Origin: a virus
Taxonomy: Duplodnaviria > Caudoviricetes
Length of the DNA stretch: 64,000 bases
Reading direction: 5' to 3' (one strand)
Virus record (IMG/VR): IMGVR_UViG_3300037067_011215
Coordinates: 3,554-67,553 of that record
The notes beneath the pieces are model-generated. The model was not told the origin of the DNA and ran no database searches. It saw only the letters and a program-made list of their open reading frames with translations. Position numbers and translations under genes: made by a program. Positions 34,521-44,300 of the stretch are shown here, one piece after another. Numbering within the stretch: the first letter of the stretch is position 1; every line of letters starts with the position of its first letter.

Positions 34521-37500
34521 TCAGTCCGGTTTAATTGTTTCTATTTCTGGTGCATTTTTCAATTCTTCTTGTGTTTCCTCAATCGTTGCTTTTACTGTCT
34601 CTATTTCCGGTGATATATTTGTGTCCAGTAACATGTTGCTTTTTGAATATATGTCCACATTTGTTTTATGTGTGTCTTCTCCTCCCTCTCTTTGTGATAT
34701 TTCACCACCTAGTAATACTGCTGCATCTATTGTATATTTATTCCCTCCTAAAGTCATTTCTTTTCCTGCGATAGATATTCCTGTTTTCTTCATTTCTCCT
34801 GTTTGTGGTTCTATTAGTGTCATATCTCCTATACTCACTTCTATCTTTCCTCCTGAAGTTTGTATTGGTGTGAAATTTCCTAGTGTTTTGTATGCATTTC
34901 CTATTCTCGTATTTTTCTCTTCAGTTGTTTCTCCTTTAAGTGCTACTCCGTCTGTTGGATCTAGTATGAATGTACTCATGTTTGATTTGTCTTCTATTGC
35001 TATTATCGCATGTTTTACTTGTGTTCCATCATCGTAATTCCCTGATACTAATACGGCCCATGCATTATATCCTTTACTTTGTAGATAATTTGCCGCATCC
35101 ATTGCGAAGTTCTGACATATATATTCAGTTTGATCCGCATCTCTTCCTTGTACGTCTGGTATATTTCCAAATGTGTATTTTCTATCTGGTATTCCTGCCG
35201 TTACTAGTTCGTTCCATGCCTGCGCTGCCAATCCTGGTATTCCTTGTTCATGCCCCACTGCTTTTATTGATGTTGTGTAATATGTATCAGTTTTCTCATC
35301 GTAAAATGCGCTTCTTCCTTCTGCTGCTCCAATTATTGCTGCTCCTCCTACTATTGCTGCTCCTGCAATAGCTACTTTGCTTCCTCCTTTTGTGCAATCT
35401 CCTTTCTTTATACAATCATCTTTCGTCTTTTTCATTTCTTCTGCTAAATTTCTTATCCTTTCTTCGTTTCCTGATTTCAATGCATCGTCTTTTAATCCTC
35501 TTACAAGTCCATTTTGATCCATTTCGTGCCACATAGCGTCTATTCCTAAATCTCGCTGTTCCTTCCACAGTTTTATTCGTTCCAGTTCTGTTAATTCATC
35601 ACCATTTGATATTTTGAATGCTATTCTCTTCATGTCGTTGCTTTGTTCTGACAACTTCTTTAATGCATATTCCGATCTTTCTTTTGCCATCTGTTTTACT
35701 AAATCTTCCGGTGCCCCGTGTTCTATCATCCTCATTATCTTTTGTGTGCTTGTATCTGCATACTTTTCTGCATCTCTTCCTTTTAGAATTTCCGACTTTT
35801 TGTATGAATTCGATTCTGCCAGTTTTTTTGCTGCATCTTCTATGTTTCCTTTTTTTAATTCTTCTATCGCACTTAATGTTGCTTCCTTCTGCGTTGCTTT
35901 TCCTGGTTTCAATTGTACCTGTTTCTCTGTTCTTTCCGCATTTTCTATTATTTCACTCGGTTTTGCTTTTTTTACTTCACTTGTTTTCTGTATTGCCTGC
36001 CCTTTCTTTATTTCTATCAACGCATCTACGTTATTGACTGCTTCCCTTGCTCTCTTCACGTTTGAAAGTGTTTCAACTGATGCACTTCCTTCTTCTTTCA
36101 GTTGTTTTGCATATATCAGTTCCATGTTTTCTTGGTTATCCATCAATGCCGTTCTCAGATCATATAATTCATTGATGTCTTTTGAAGGCAGTGTTAGTAT
36201 TGCTACTTTCTGTTTATCTTCTGTTGCTGTTAGCTCATTCCAGAAGTTTTCCTTTAATTTTGTTTTCTTTGCTGTGGATATGTCCAGTTTTTCTATCGAT
36301 GCCAGATTCATATTTTCCATTGCAATTGATATTTCTGATTTGTTTAATCTTATCTCTGATTCAAATTTGCTATCTGTCATCGAGTTTACTTTTTTTGTAT
36401 CAAATGTGTAATCCAGTTCTATTTTTCCGTTTTCTATCTTTTCTATCTGTTTTATTCCTATGTTATCCATTGCCCTTTGTGTTTCAGTGTCCCATTTCTT
36501 ATATTCTGCTGATACTTTTGTGTAATCCTCTATTGTCGTTGTTTCCATCTTTGTAGATTTTAGTATTTCTTCTGCTTTGTTTCTATATTTCTGCAAATCG
36601 TCTACGCTTATTCCTTTGTCTTTTGCTAAAAACTTTATTTCATCTGCATTTAACTTTGCTATGTCTTCTATGTTTTCGATTTTTCTCAGCTCGCTTGATC
36701 CTCCATATCTCATTAGCCTATTTGCTACTTCTTCTGGCATTACCAATGTCAATTCCATTTCCGTTCCTGATATTGCCTTAGATGCTCCCGTAGGCAATCC
36801 CGTTGGTATTTTTATTGCATTTTCCAAGTCCAATTTCTTTAATCCTTCCAGTGCATTTGAAATTACTTCAAAATGCTCTGTTCCCTGTTGCAATGCCACA
36901 TTTGCCATGCTTTCTACTGGCGTTCTTCCTATCTTTTCGCCTGCGTCGAAAAGTAATTTGCTTGCTACTTCCGTATTCCCATTTGCTTTTGTTGCTATTT
37001 CTTTTGCAAAGTCCATAGATGTTGATATGTAGCTTGTTCTTGCATTATTCCATAGTGATGTTATCTTTTCTGCTGTCATATCATCGGATAGTTTTATTCC
37101 TGTCTCTAAAACATTTGTTACAGTATTTGGTTCCAATGCTATTTTTTCTGCTATCACAGATTTTGCTATGTCTTTATCTGCTGCTACTAGATTATTTACG
37201 AAAATCTTTGAGTTCACTGGATTATCTACCGCTTTTTCGAATGATTTTGATAGGTCCACTACTGATGACAGTGGTTTCCAGTCTACTAGCTTTCCTCCTT
37301 CTAAAACTTCCTGTATTCCTGTCGTAGTTGCCTTAGCTATCCATCCCGTTTCTGTTGCTGGCACGAATAATGTGCTTGTTATTGCTGCTGTCTTTGATAT
37401 TCCTGTTATTCCCTTATCTAATCTCGAAACAAGTCCTAATTCCTTCCATGCCTTTGCTACTACTCCCACATCAGCATTCAATACCGTGAATGGTGATGCC

Positions 37501-39662
37501 ACTATATCTATTACTGGATCTCCTGTCATTTTTGGGCTTACTATTGCTTCTATTCCAGAATTCAGATACTTTCCTTGTAGATTTCCTGCTTCCTTTGATG
37601 TCAAAGGTGCTTGAATTTTTGCAGTTTCTATTATTGTTGGTCCGAATGCTGCAAGTGTTGCATGTCCCAATGTTGGATCTGATGCCATGTAGTTTATCTG
37701 ATGCAGTCCTTCTATTGTCTGTGTTACCTGTGCTAGTTGCACTGGTGTCGCTGTTGTCAGGAATGCATATTTTGCCGTATCTTCACTTATTCCTGGTACC
37801 AATTCTCCTATTGATTCCCCAGATTTCAATTTATCTGCAAATAAATCATTCACCGTCTTTCCTTTTTCTGTTGCGGTTATTGAACTGCTTTCCGTCCATT
37901 CTATTATATTCAAAATTGGTGCAAATATGTTTGCTTTTCCTGATTTGTCATTCAGTGTTAGTATATCACCGATGTTTAATGCAGATTTTTCTCCGATTGT
38001 TATCAAACCTGCTCTTTCTGCTGAATACTCAGGTGTCATTATTCTATCTGCTATCCAATTTCCTAACTGTGATACTACGGTTGGTGTTCCTTCTACTTCC
38101 CATGTCTCCCAAAACCATTTTCCTGCTGTTGGATTTTGTGATATTACTTCCTTTTCTATATTCGTTGATAATGGTGTTGTTGTTTTCTGTATTTCCAACA
38201 TATTTGCTTTCAAGTTCTCGTTTACTACCAGTTTTGATCCTGTTAATCCCAAAAGCGTGTTTATTAGCTGCGTTCCTGTCGAAGATAGTGTGCTTTTTTC
38301 TACTGTTGCTACTATATCTAATTTTGTAATTGCATCTCCTGTAAATCCTTTTTCTTTGTATTCTGTTAGTGTTTTTATCGGTGTATCTCCTGGTAGTTTT
38401 ACTGTTTGTACTCCTCCTTCTTCTGTTGTCTTTGTTATTATTATTGCAGTTGATGTTGATTGTTTTGCTTCTCCTCCATATACCTGCGCCGAAACTGAGT
38501 GTGCTATTAATTCCCCATTACTTCCTATTTCGTTTAACCTGTAATGTTCTCCCAAGCTTGTTCCTTCGCTCACTTCTACCCAATTTTTGCTATCTATTTT
38601 TCCCTCGCTTTCTAATGTGTTTAGTATATCTCCTTTTATTAGTGTTCCTCTTTCACCCACTCCTGTTCTTTCGTATCCATCATACAATACTTTTCCTACT
38701 TTCAATCCTTCTTTTCCTGATGTTGCCCAATAATATTCCGATGGATCAAATGTTCCTGTTTCTTTTTCTGTTGTTGCAAATTCTGTCGTTTGTTTTCCAA
38801 ATAATCCACTTGTATCATACTGTCCCGTTGTTTTTATTACTGCCCCTGTTGCTTTTGGTAGTGTTTTTGCTTCTTCCACCGATGCCGTCTTAATTGTTGT
38901 CGTTTGTGGCAATACTGGTGACATTGTTTCTTCTGATTGATGTGTTCCCATGTATTCCAGATATTCTTTCATTATCGTTTTTGCCTTTACGCCTCCACTA
39001 TTCAATTCTTGCTGCGTTATTACACCATCTGCTAATAATTTCTTTACCATCTCTGGTTTTTTTACTAGATCCTCCGTCTTGAAATACATCTCTCCTTCTG
39101 GAAGTGTCATTTTGCTCAATAATACTGTTCCAGTATATCCTTTGTCTTTCAATAATTGTAATTGTACCTTATTCAATGCCACGTTCACTATTTTTTCAGT
39201 TTCTAGCAAATTTTTGTTTATTACTTCATTTGTTAATCCTAATGTAGTTGCTTTTATTTCCGCAATTCCATTTATTGCTTCGTTTAAAACACTATTTCTT
39301 TCTTCAAGTGATACCGTTGATAACAATTCATTTGATTTTATTTCAAGTCCTTCTAATTGCTTATTAGATTCGTATGTCAAATTTGCCAGTGCCGTTTGAA
39401 ATGTGTTTGTTTGCAGTCCATTTTGTAAATCCACTATCCCCTTTTGTGCATTTTCCAATGTCTTTTTCACCGAATCAGATATTTGTATGTCATTTACTAT
39501 TTTCATTGATGTGACAGGCAATGATGATACATAATTTTTTAATTCCGATGCTCCAACAGAATTTCCTATGCTCGATTTTGCATTTTTCACGAAACTTGCT
39601 ATTCCGCTTCCACTTGTTGTTCCTGTGGTGTAATTTTCTATTGTTTTGAAAGTCAATGCCAT
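34521..39662 (-). CDS. 1713-aa protein with TM segment and C-terminal transglutaminase-like protease domain
   Basis: VAIAGAAIVGGAAIIG (TM); EYICQNFAMDAA...KHAIIAI...LIEPQTG (Cys-His-Glu pattern). Confidence 0.7.
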   Translation of the reverse strand: MALTFKTIENYTTGTTSGSGIASFVKNAKSSIGNSVGASELKNYVSSLPVTSMKIVNDIQISDSVKKTLENAQKGIVDLQNGLQTNTFQTALANLTYESNKQLEGLEIKSNELLSTVSLEERNSVLNEAINGIAEIKATTLGLTNEVINKNLLETEKIVNVALNKVQLQLLKDKGYTGTVLLSKMTLPEGEMYFKTEDLVKKPEMVKKLLADGVITQQELNSGGVKAKTIMKEYLEYMGTHQSEETMSPVLPQTTTIKTASVEEAKTLPKATGAVIKTTGQYDTSGLFGKQTTEFATTEKETGTFDPSEYYWATSGKEGLKVGKVLYDGYERTGVGERGTLIKGDILNTLESEGKIDSKNWVEVSEGTSLGEHYRLNEIGSNGELIAHSVSAQVYGGEAKQSTSTAIIITKTTEEGGVQTVKLPGDTPIKTLTEYKEKGFTGDAITKLDIVATVEKSTLSSTGTQLINTLLGLTGSKLVVNENLKANMLEIQKTTTPLSTNIEKEVISQNPTAGKWFWETWEVEGTPTVVSQLGNWIADRIMTPEYSAERAGLITIGEKSALNIGDILTLNDKSGKANIFAPILNIIEWTESSSITATEKGKTVNDLFADKLKSGESIGELVPGISEDTAKYAFLTTATPVQLAQVTQTIEGLHQINYMASDPTLGHATLAAFGPTIIETAKIQAPLTSKEAGNLQGKYLNSGIEAIVSPKMTGDPVIDIVASPFTVLNADVGVVAKAWKELGLVSRLDKGITGISKTAAITSTLFVPATETGWIAKATTTGIQEVLEGGKLVDWKPLSSVVDLSKSFEKAVDNPVNSKIFVNNLVAADKDIAKSVIAEKIALEPNTVTNVLETGIKLSDDMTAEKITSLWNNARTSYISTSMDFAKEIATKANGNTEVASKLLFDAGEKIGRTPVESMANVALQQGTEHFEVISNALEGLKKLDLENAIKIPTGLPTGASKAISGTEMELTLVMPEEVANRLMRYGGSSELRKIENIEDIAKLNADEIKFLAKDKGISVDDLQKYRNKAEEILKSTKMETTTIEDYTKVSAEYKKWDTETQRAMDNIGIKQIEKIENGKIELDYTFDTKKVNSMTDSKFESEIRLNKSEISIAMENMNLASIEKLDISTAKKTKLKENFWNELTATEDKQKVAILTLPSKDINELYDLRTALMDNQENMELIYAKQLKEEGSASVETLSNVKRAREAVNNVDALIEIKKGQAIQKTSEVKKAKPSEIIENAERTEKQVQLKPGKATQKEATLSAIEELKKGNIEDAAKKLAESNSYKKSEILKGRDAEKYADTSTQKIMRMIEHGAPEDLVKQMAKERSEYALKKLSEQSNDMKRIAFKISNGDELTELERIKLWKEQRDLGIDAMWHEMDQNGLVRGLKDDALKSGNEERIRNLAEEMKKTKDDCIKKGDCTKGGSKVAIAGAAIVGGAAIIGAAEGRSAFYDEKTDTYYTTSIKAVGHEQGIPGLAAQAWNELVTAGIPDRKYTFGNIPDVQGRDADQTEYICQNFAMDAANYLQSKGYNAWAVLVSGNYDDGTQVKHAIIAIEDKSNMSTFILDPTDGVALKGETTEEKNTRIGNAYKTLGNFTPIQTSGGKIEVSIGDMTLIEPQTGEMKKTGISIAGKEMTLGGNKYTIDAAVLLGGEISQREGGEDTHKTNVDIYSKSNMLLDTNISPEIETVKATIEETQEELKNAPEIETIKPD

Positions 39663-39951
39663 TACTTTTTCCTCCTTTCTGTTACTTTTTTCATGTTTTG
39701 GTCTATTTCCATCTTTGCTTTCTCGATTTCCTTTTTAATTATTAATTGCTCTTCTGTCATAGTCAAGTCTTTTATACACCCTTTGCATAAATATGTTCAT
39801 ATGTCTGTTATCGAGATTCACGTTGGCTATTCATCTGCTTCCCTTGCTTCTTCTGTTTCTGGTACAGTTCCTTGTCTCCTATGCGATCCTGTTATATCTG
39901 ATGATAACCAACATGAATCTGAACACAAATCTTCTAAAGATGGTTATTAAA

Positions 39952-41172
39952 ATGACTACAGGCTATCAGGTTGCTATTGTTGCAGAGGCCCGCCAAAGGC
40001 TTCAGGATTTGCTCAAGGGCATAGATGGCATCAGGAAGCTTCAGGATGATGCACGCAATGCTCAACAGTACAAGCAAGATCCTTCCGGCCTGTATGTAGC
40101 TGCCAGACAAAATCTGCTTGCTCTCGCCACCGATTTTGACATATTTAAAGTATTTATTACTGATAATAAATCCAAGCTCTACAATAATGAATCTAAATAT
40201 TATGAATATATCAAGGATTCTATTCAGAGACAAATTGATTTTCTCGAAGATACCATAGTCACCCCTACAATAAACGCTCCGTTACCTACTGGTTCTGAAA
40301 ACGAGACTGACGTAGGCCGCAGCTTTGTTGGAGTTATTAAACAAGTCACTGATGGCGACACCTTCATAATTTCACAGATTGTTAATCCTGACGACGATGG
40401 CGGTCTTATTCATGATCGCATTGTTCGTATTGCTGGAATTGATACTCCTGAAGGTGGCACAGAGCGCGGTAAGTTCATTACCAATGCAACTTCCGATTTC
40501 TGGTTAGGCAAAACTGTTACCGTCTACTATGATCGCCATACTCCAAATGATCTATATGGTCGTGTTCTCGGTACTGTCTATTTCAATGATACCAATTTCG
40601 CGATATGGTCTATTAGTCATTGTTATAGCACTCCTAATCTCAAATTCGAGAAGAATCATTTTGTAGATCCTGTTGAACTTAAGCAGGCTGCTAAGGATTG
40701 CATCATGAGCTATCCGTCGATTGGTATTCTCAAAATATTTACCAAACCTCCTCATGCCGATATCTATATAGGTAAATCCGGGGATGAACCTAAAAAGCAT
40801 GGCGATGTTACGCCATGCGAGATAGAACTTCCTGCCGGTCAGTATGTAATTATTCTATCTTCTCCTGGCTATTCCTCGCTTCGCGAGGAGATAGAAATTG
40901 TTGCAAACAAGAAGGACCAGATGGCACGCTCGTTAATCAAGTCTCCTGTTGATTCTGGAATTGTTCGTGTTTTTACGAATCCCATTGATTCTGGTGCTAT
41001 TGTTTCAGTTGATGATAAAATCACTGGTCTTTCTCCTCTTACTCTTGAACTTCCGGTAGATGTTCCTGTAAAAATATCCGTTTCGGCTGAAAGATTCAAG
41101 ACTCAGGAAGATTCTGTAGTTCCTGTAATTGGTGGTCCTACTTATGTCACATTTGTACTTGAATCTATCTGA
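39952..41172 (+). CDS. thermonuclease (SNase) fused to two PEGA domains
   Basis: VTDGDTF, VRIAGIDTPE, DLYGRVLG (SNase); IFTKPPHADIYI and VFTNPIDSGAIVSVD (PEGA). Start likely MTTGY. Confidence 0.85.
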   Translation: MTTGYQVAIVAEARQRLQDLLKGIDGIRKLQDDARNAQQYKQDPSGLYVAARQNLLALATDFDIFKVFITDNKSKLYNNESKYYEYIKDSIQRQIDFLEDTIVTPTINAPLPTGSENETDVGRSFVGVIKQVTDGDTFIISQIVNPDDDGGLIHDRIVRIAGIDTPEGGTERGKFITNATSDFWLGKTVTVYYDRHTPNDLYGRVLGTVYFNDTNFAIWSISHCYSTPNLKFEKNHFVDPVELKQAAKDCIMSYPSIGILKIFTKPPHADIYIGKSGDEPKKHGDVTPCEIELPAGQYVIILSSPGYSSLREEIEIVANKKDQMARSLIKSPVDSGIVRVFTNPIDSGAIVSVDDKITGLSPLTLELPVDVPVKISVSAERFKTQEDSVVPVIGGPTYVTFVLESI

Positions 41173-41352
41173 TTATCCCATTCCTCCTAATGGCTCCCAT
41201 GTTTTCATATAATTTTCTGCTTGTTCTTGCATGAATATCGCAAATTTCCACTCTTCGGATTCCACGTCAATTATTTCAGCAATTTCTACAGCATATATAC
41301 TACCATCCTCATTTAGTTTTATTCTCACATCCCATACTGATTTTTCCAGCAT
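41173..41352 (-). CDS. 59-aa hypothetical protein
   Basis: MLEKSVWDVRIK...EPLGGMG; stop abuts SNase stop. Confidence 0.45.
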   Translation of the reverse strand: MLEKSVWDVRIKLNEDGSIYAVEIAEIIDVESEEWKFAIFMQEQAENYMKTWEPLGGMG

Positions 41353-41360
41353 GTTCTTCT

Positions 41361-41714
41361 CTATATAACATCTCTGTTTCTTTCATCTATATCTTTTTCT
41401 TCTCTTTCATTGACTCTTTTCCTTTCTTCATCCATTTTCATCATCAATTCTGCCTGATTCATTGCAAATTCTTCCTGCTTCAATATCATTGCATGTAAAA
41501 GCTCTGGCGTTGTTGTACTCTCGAATTCTTCTATAAAAACTCCGCCAAATGTCATTGTGCATATTTTTGGCTTTTTTGTATTCTCGTCTAAAGCCGAAAA
41601 CATCATCCCTACAGGCAGATTCAAAACTTCATTTGTGAAAATTTCTATGTTGTTGCATGTTATCCTTATTTTGCCTGGATAATCACTTATGTTTTCCGTG
41701 ATACTTGGTCGCAT
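41361..41714 (-). CDS. hypothetical protein
   Basis: TATA-like TTTTATATAT about 25 nt upstream. Confidence 0.55.
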   Translation of the reverse strand: MRPSITENISDYPGKIRITCNNIEIFTNEVLNLPVGMMFSALDENTKKPKICTMTFGGVFIEEFESTTTPELLHAMILKQEEFAMNQAELMMKMDEERKRVNEREEKDIDERNRDVI

Positions 41715-41754
41715 ATAGCAATATGCTCAATCGTGATATATAAAATAGACCATT

Positions 41755-41774
41755 GCGGCCCAAGATTGGGCCGC
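41755..41774. terminator. hairpin after stop of 41783 gene
   Basis: GCGGCCCA-AGAT-TGGGCCGC. Confidence 0.5.
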
Positions 41775-41782
41775 TGTGTTTT

Positions 41783-42004
41783 CTACCTGCCTTTCTTCGC
41801 GCAGCGAGTTACTTCCTTCCTAAAGGCCATTCCCTTCAGGCCCTTAGCCTGCTTCGCGCAAGAAGCAAGTACTCCCTGTTGAGCTTTGATTTTCTCTGGA
41901 TTTCCGTTTGTTACATGCAGAAATCTCATTCCCATTCCGCCCTTCTTGATACCAATTCTCAAGCTAGGGTCGCCCATATCTCCCGGTTTGATAGTTCGTG
42001 GCAT
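41783..42004 (-). CDS. small basic protein (possible DNA-condensing core protein)
   Basis: 73 aa, K/R/G-rich; GGTGA RBS and TTTTTATAT promoter upstream. Confidence 0.55.
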   Translation of the reverse strand: MPRTIKPGDMGDPSLRIGIKKGGMGMRFLHVTNGNPEKIKAQQGVLASCAKQAKGLKGMAFRKEVTRCAKKGR

Positions 42005-42080
42005 AGATTATCACCATCTTCCACTTATTTGTAGTAACATATAAAAAGATTAGCCCTAAAAAAAAAGATTATTCACTTTT

Positions 42081-42425
42081 CTACAGGAAGCTTAGGTATA
42101 TTTCCCCATTTTCATCTGTCATTCTCAATACCGTTGCTTCCTCTTCGTATAGCTCTTCTCCGTCTTTAGTTTTTAGAACTACTTTTCCTTCTATTATTTC
42201 TACTATATCTGTTAGCTTATACAGCATTGTTTTATTTCCATCATCAAAAGATGTCACAATTCCGAGTTCTTCTAATACTCTTAATTTGTAATCAACTTTC
42301 GATGACAATGCATGTAAGTTTATTTTCTTTTCTCCTTTTATTCCTTTTACTATCTCGCTTTTCCTCTGTGGTAGATTTCTGTTCAGGAAAACTATGATTT
42401 TCGAAGCTAATTTATCATCTTTCAT
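42081..42425 (-). CDS. winged-helix DNA-binding protein
   Basis: KSEIVKGI...VDYKLRVLEELGIV...LYKLT. Confidence 0.7.
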   Translation of the reverse strand: MKDDKLASKIIVFLNRNLPQRKSEIVKGIKGEKKINLHALSSKVDYKLRVLEELGIVTSFDDGNKTMLYKLTDIVEIIEGKVVLKTKDGEELYEEEATVLRMTDENGEIYLSFL

Positions 42426-43257
42426 TTCCTTTCTCTCTCCTTAGTTTATTTTCTTCACATTCCTTTACTGCTACTTCCTTTGGCACGTTCTTTGTCTTCG
42501 CGCATACCTTCGTTGCGATACACATTTTTAGGTTTCTCCCGTCTACATCATCCAGGCCATATGCCATTGTATCTCGCACGCATTCATGATATGTCTGCCC
42601 ATCCTTCTTTTGTTCCATTTCTTCAACATTGCCTTCTAAGGCCGAAGTTGGTTTTTCTGCCGTTTCGCCTTTGTTTTCTGTATTCTCGTTTTGTTCGCGC
42701 TGTGCTTTTGCTACGTCTTGATCCACTCCTACGAATATTTCTTGCATCTTTTCTATGCGTTCAATTGTTGCGTCTGCTTCCATTACGCATGATAATGTGT
42801 CTTCTTTGCATTCCGATACCAGGTAATCCAATTTTCTTCCAATTCCCTGCATTGCTGTTACGCATTGTCCGCACTCATGTTTCGTTGAGTTGTCTACCAC
42901 TATCTTTTTTGCTTCCTGTAACTTTTTAATTGCATCTTCATGTGGCGTATCCATTCCTATATCTGATATCAGGTCTTTTGCGTCTTCCAGTGCTTCTATT
43001 GCTCCTGCTATTTCCTCGTTTTCTATTATCAGTTCTGGTTTTTCTTCTTCCTTTTCTTCTTCTTCCTTCTGTTCCTCTTTTTTCTCTTCAAAGAACTTGC
43101 ATGTGCATAGCTCGCATGGGCATAATTTATTGCATGGACAGTATCCGCCGTTCCTGTTTAGCATCTTTGCCCAATCATCTGCATTCCTATGATTCATTAT
43201 TCCCAGATTATTTGCATCAGCAAATGCTCTTAGGTCATCACCTGTTATCCCTTCCAT
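42415..43257 (-). CDS. Cys-rich protein with compressed ferredoxin-thioredoxin-reductase-like motif
   Basis: NGGYCPCNKLCPCELCTCKFF plus further Cys in helical C-half. Confidence 0.5.
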   Translation of the reverse strand: MEGITGDDLRAFADANNLGIMNHRNADDWAKMLNRNGGYCPCNKLCPCELCTCKFFEEKKEEQKEEEEKEEEKPELIIENEEIAGAIEALEDAKDLISDIGMDTPHEDAIKKLQEAKKIVVDNSTKHECGQCVTAMQGIGRKLDYLVSECKEDTLSCVMEADATIERIEKMQEIFVGVDQDVAKAQREQNENTENKGETAEKPTSALEGNVEEMEQKKDGQTYHECVRDTMAYGLDDVDGRNLKMCIATKVCAKTKNVPKEVAVKECEENKLRREKGNER

Positions 43258-43635
43258 TTAAATTCCTTCTTTTTCCTGTTCCTTTGTGTATTTCTTGTAT
43301 ATTTCTTCCTCGTTTTTCGTTATTGGCATATTGTTCCTTAGTTTATCTCCCACTTTTTTTATGATCACGCTTCTTATCATTGCGTTATGCATCTTCGGGA
43401 ATACTGCCAGACCATTTAATCCTGCTCTATCATATGCTTCTTCCATTATTTGCATTGCGCTCATCTTGGTTGGGTCTATTCCAGTTGCCCATTGCATACA
43501 TTCTCCACGTTTTTCTTCATCTTTTATTGTTGAGCAAGATACATTTGCTACGGCTACTCCCACTAAGATCTCTTGCATCTCACAAACAGGGCAATCTTTT
43601 TCTTTTTCTTCTACATTCTTTGCAATTTCATTCAT
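43258..43635 (-). CDS. CxxC-containing helical protein
   Basis: DCPVCE...SC...EC. Confidence 0.55.
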   Translation of the reverse strand: MNEIAKNVEEKEKDCPVCEMQEILVGVAVANVSCSTIKDEEKRGECMQWATGIDPTKMSAMQIMEEAYDRAGLNGLAVFPKMHNAMIRSVIIKKVGDKLRNNMPITKNEEEIYKKYTKEQEKEGI

Positions 43636-43937
43636 ATTCTTATCTCTCCTCTTTTCATTCTTTCTAATAATTCTGGTATTGCATGTTCCTGGCCCACTTC
43701 GTCACTTATCATATCTAAAACAATGTGAAAATAAGCAGACATCATAGCATACCAGTTGTTTCCCGTTGCTTTGTATATATAATTAACTGTTTCCATGTCG
43801 TGATACATTTTTCTGTGATTCGATTGCAATCGTTTTTGTTCCTGATCTATGAATTTATGTACCTCTGGAAAGAATATGTTTCTTCCGAATAAAATTTCAT
43901 CCAATGCTATATGCATCTTGTGATCTGGCATTATCAT
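43632..43937 (-). CDS. His-rich putative metal-dependent hydrolase
   Basis: PDHKMH...VHKFID...NHRKMYHD...FHIVLD. Confidence 0.5.
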   Translation of the reverse strand: MIMPDHKMHIALDEILFGRNIFFPEVHKFIDQEQKRLQSNHRKMYHDMETVNYIYKATGNNWYAMMSAYFHIVLDMISDEVGQEHAIPELLERMKRGEIRI

Positions 43938-44272
43938 TCCTGTGTTTTCATTGCATTTTCCATTCTTTCTATTATTTTTTCCACACTTCTTACGGTCGCT
44001 TCAACGCAATATCTAATCATCATTCCTTGAGTGTTTGTCGTTATTCCTGCCCCTTCCTGTTGCTCTTCTAGCATCTTTAGAAATCTTCCTACTCTTTCCA
44101 TTCTCTTCAACCATTCCGAGTCCACGTATGATATTACTTTTGCTTGGTTTCCCGATGGTGTTAATTCTATTTTTTCCCACTCTCCCACTGTTACTTTTTT
44201 TATCGCTTTCCTCTTTCTTGGTTTCTTTCTTCTCATTCTTTCCATGTACACATGCATGTTAGTAACATACAT
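43934..44272 (-). CDS. hypothetical protein (possible regulator)
   Basis: Basic N-terminus; divergent from 44301. Confidence 0.5.
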   Translation of the reverse strand: MYVTNMHVYMERMRRKKPRKRKAIKKVTVGEWEKIELTPSGNQAKVISYVDSEWLKRMERVGRFLKMLEEQQEGAGITTNTQGMMIRYCVEATVRSVEKIIERMENAMKTQE

Positions 44273-44300
44273 ATAGCTCTTTCTGCATTAAGTATGTCAT

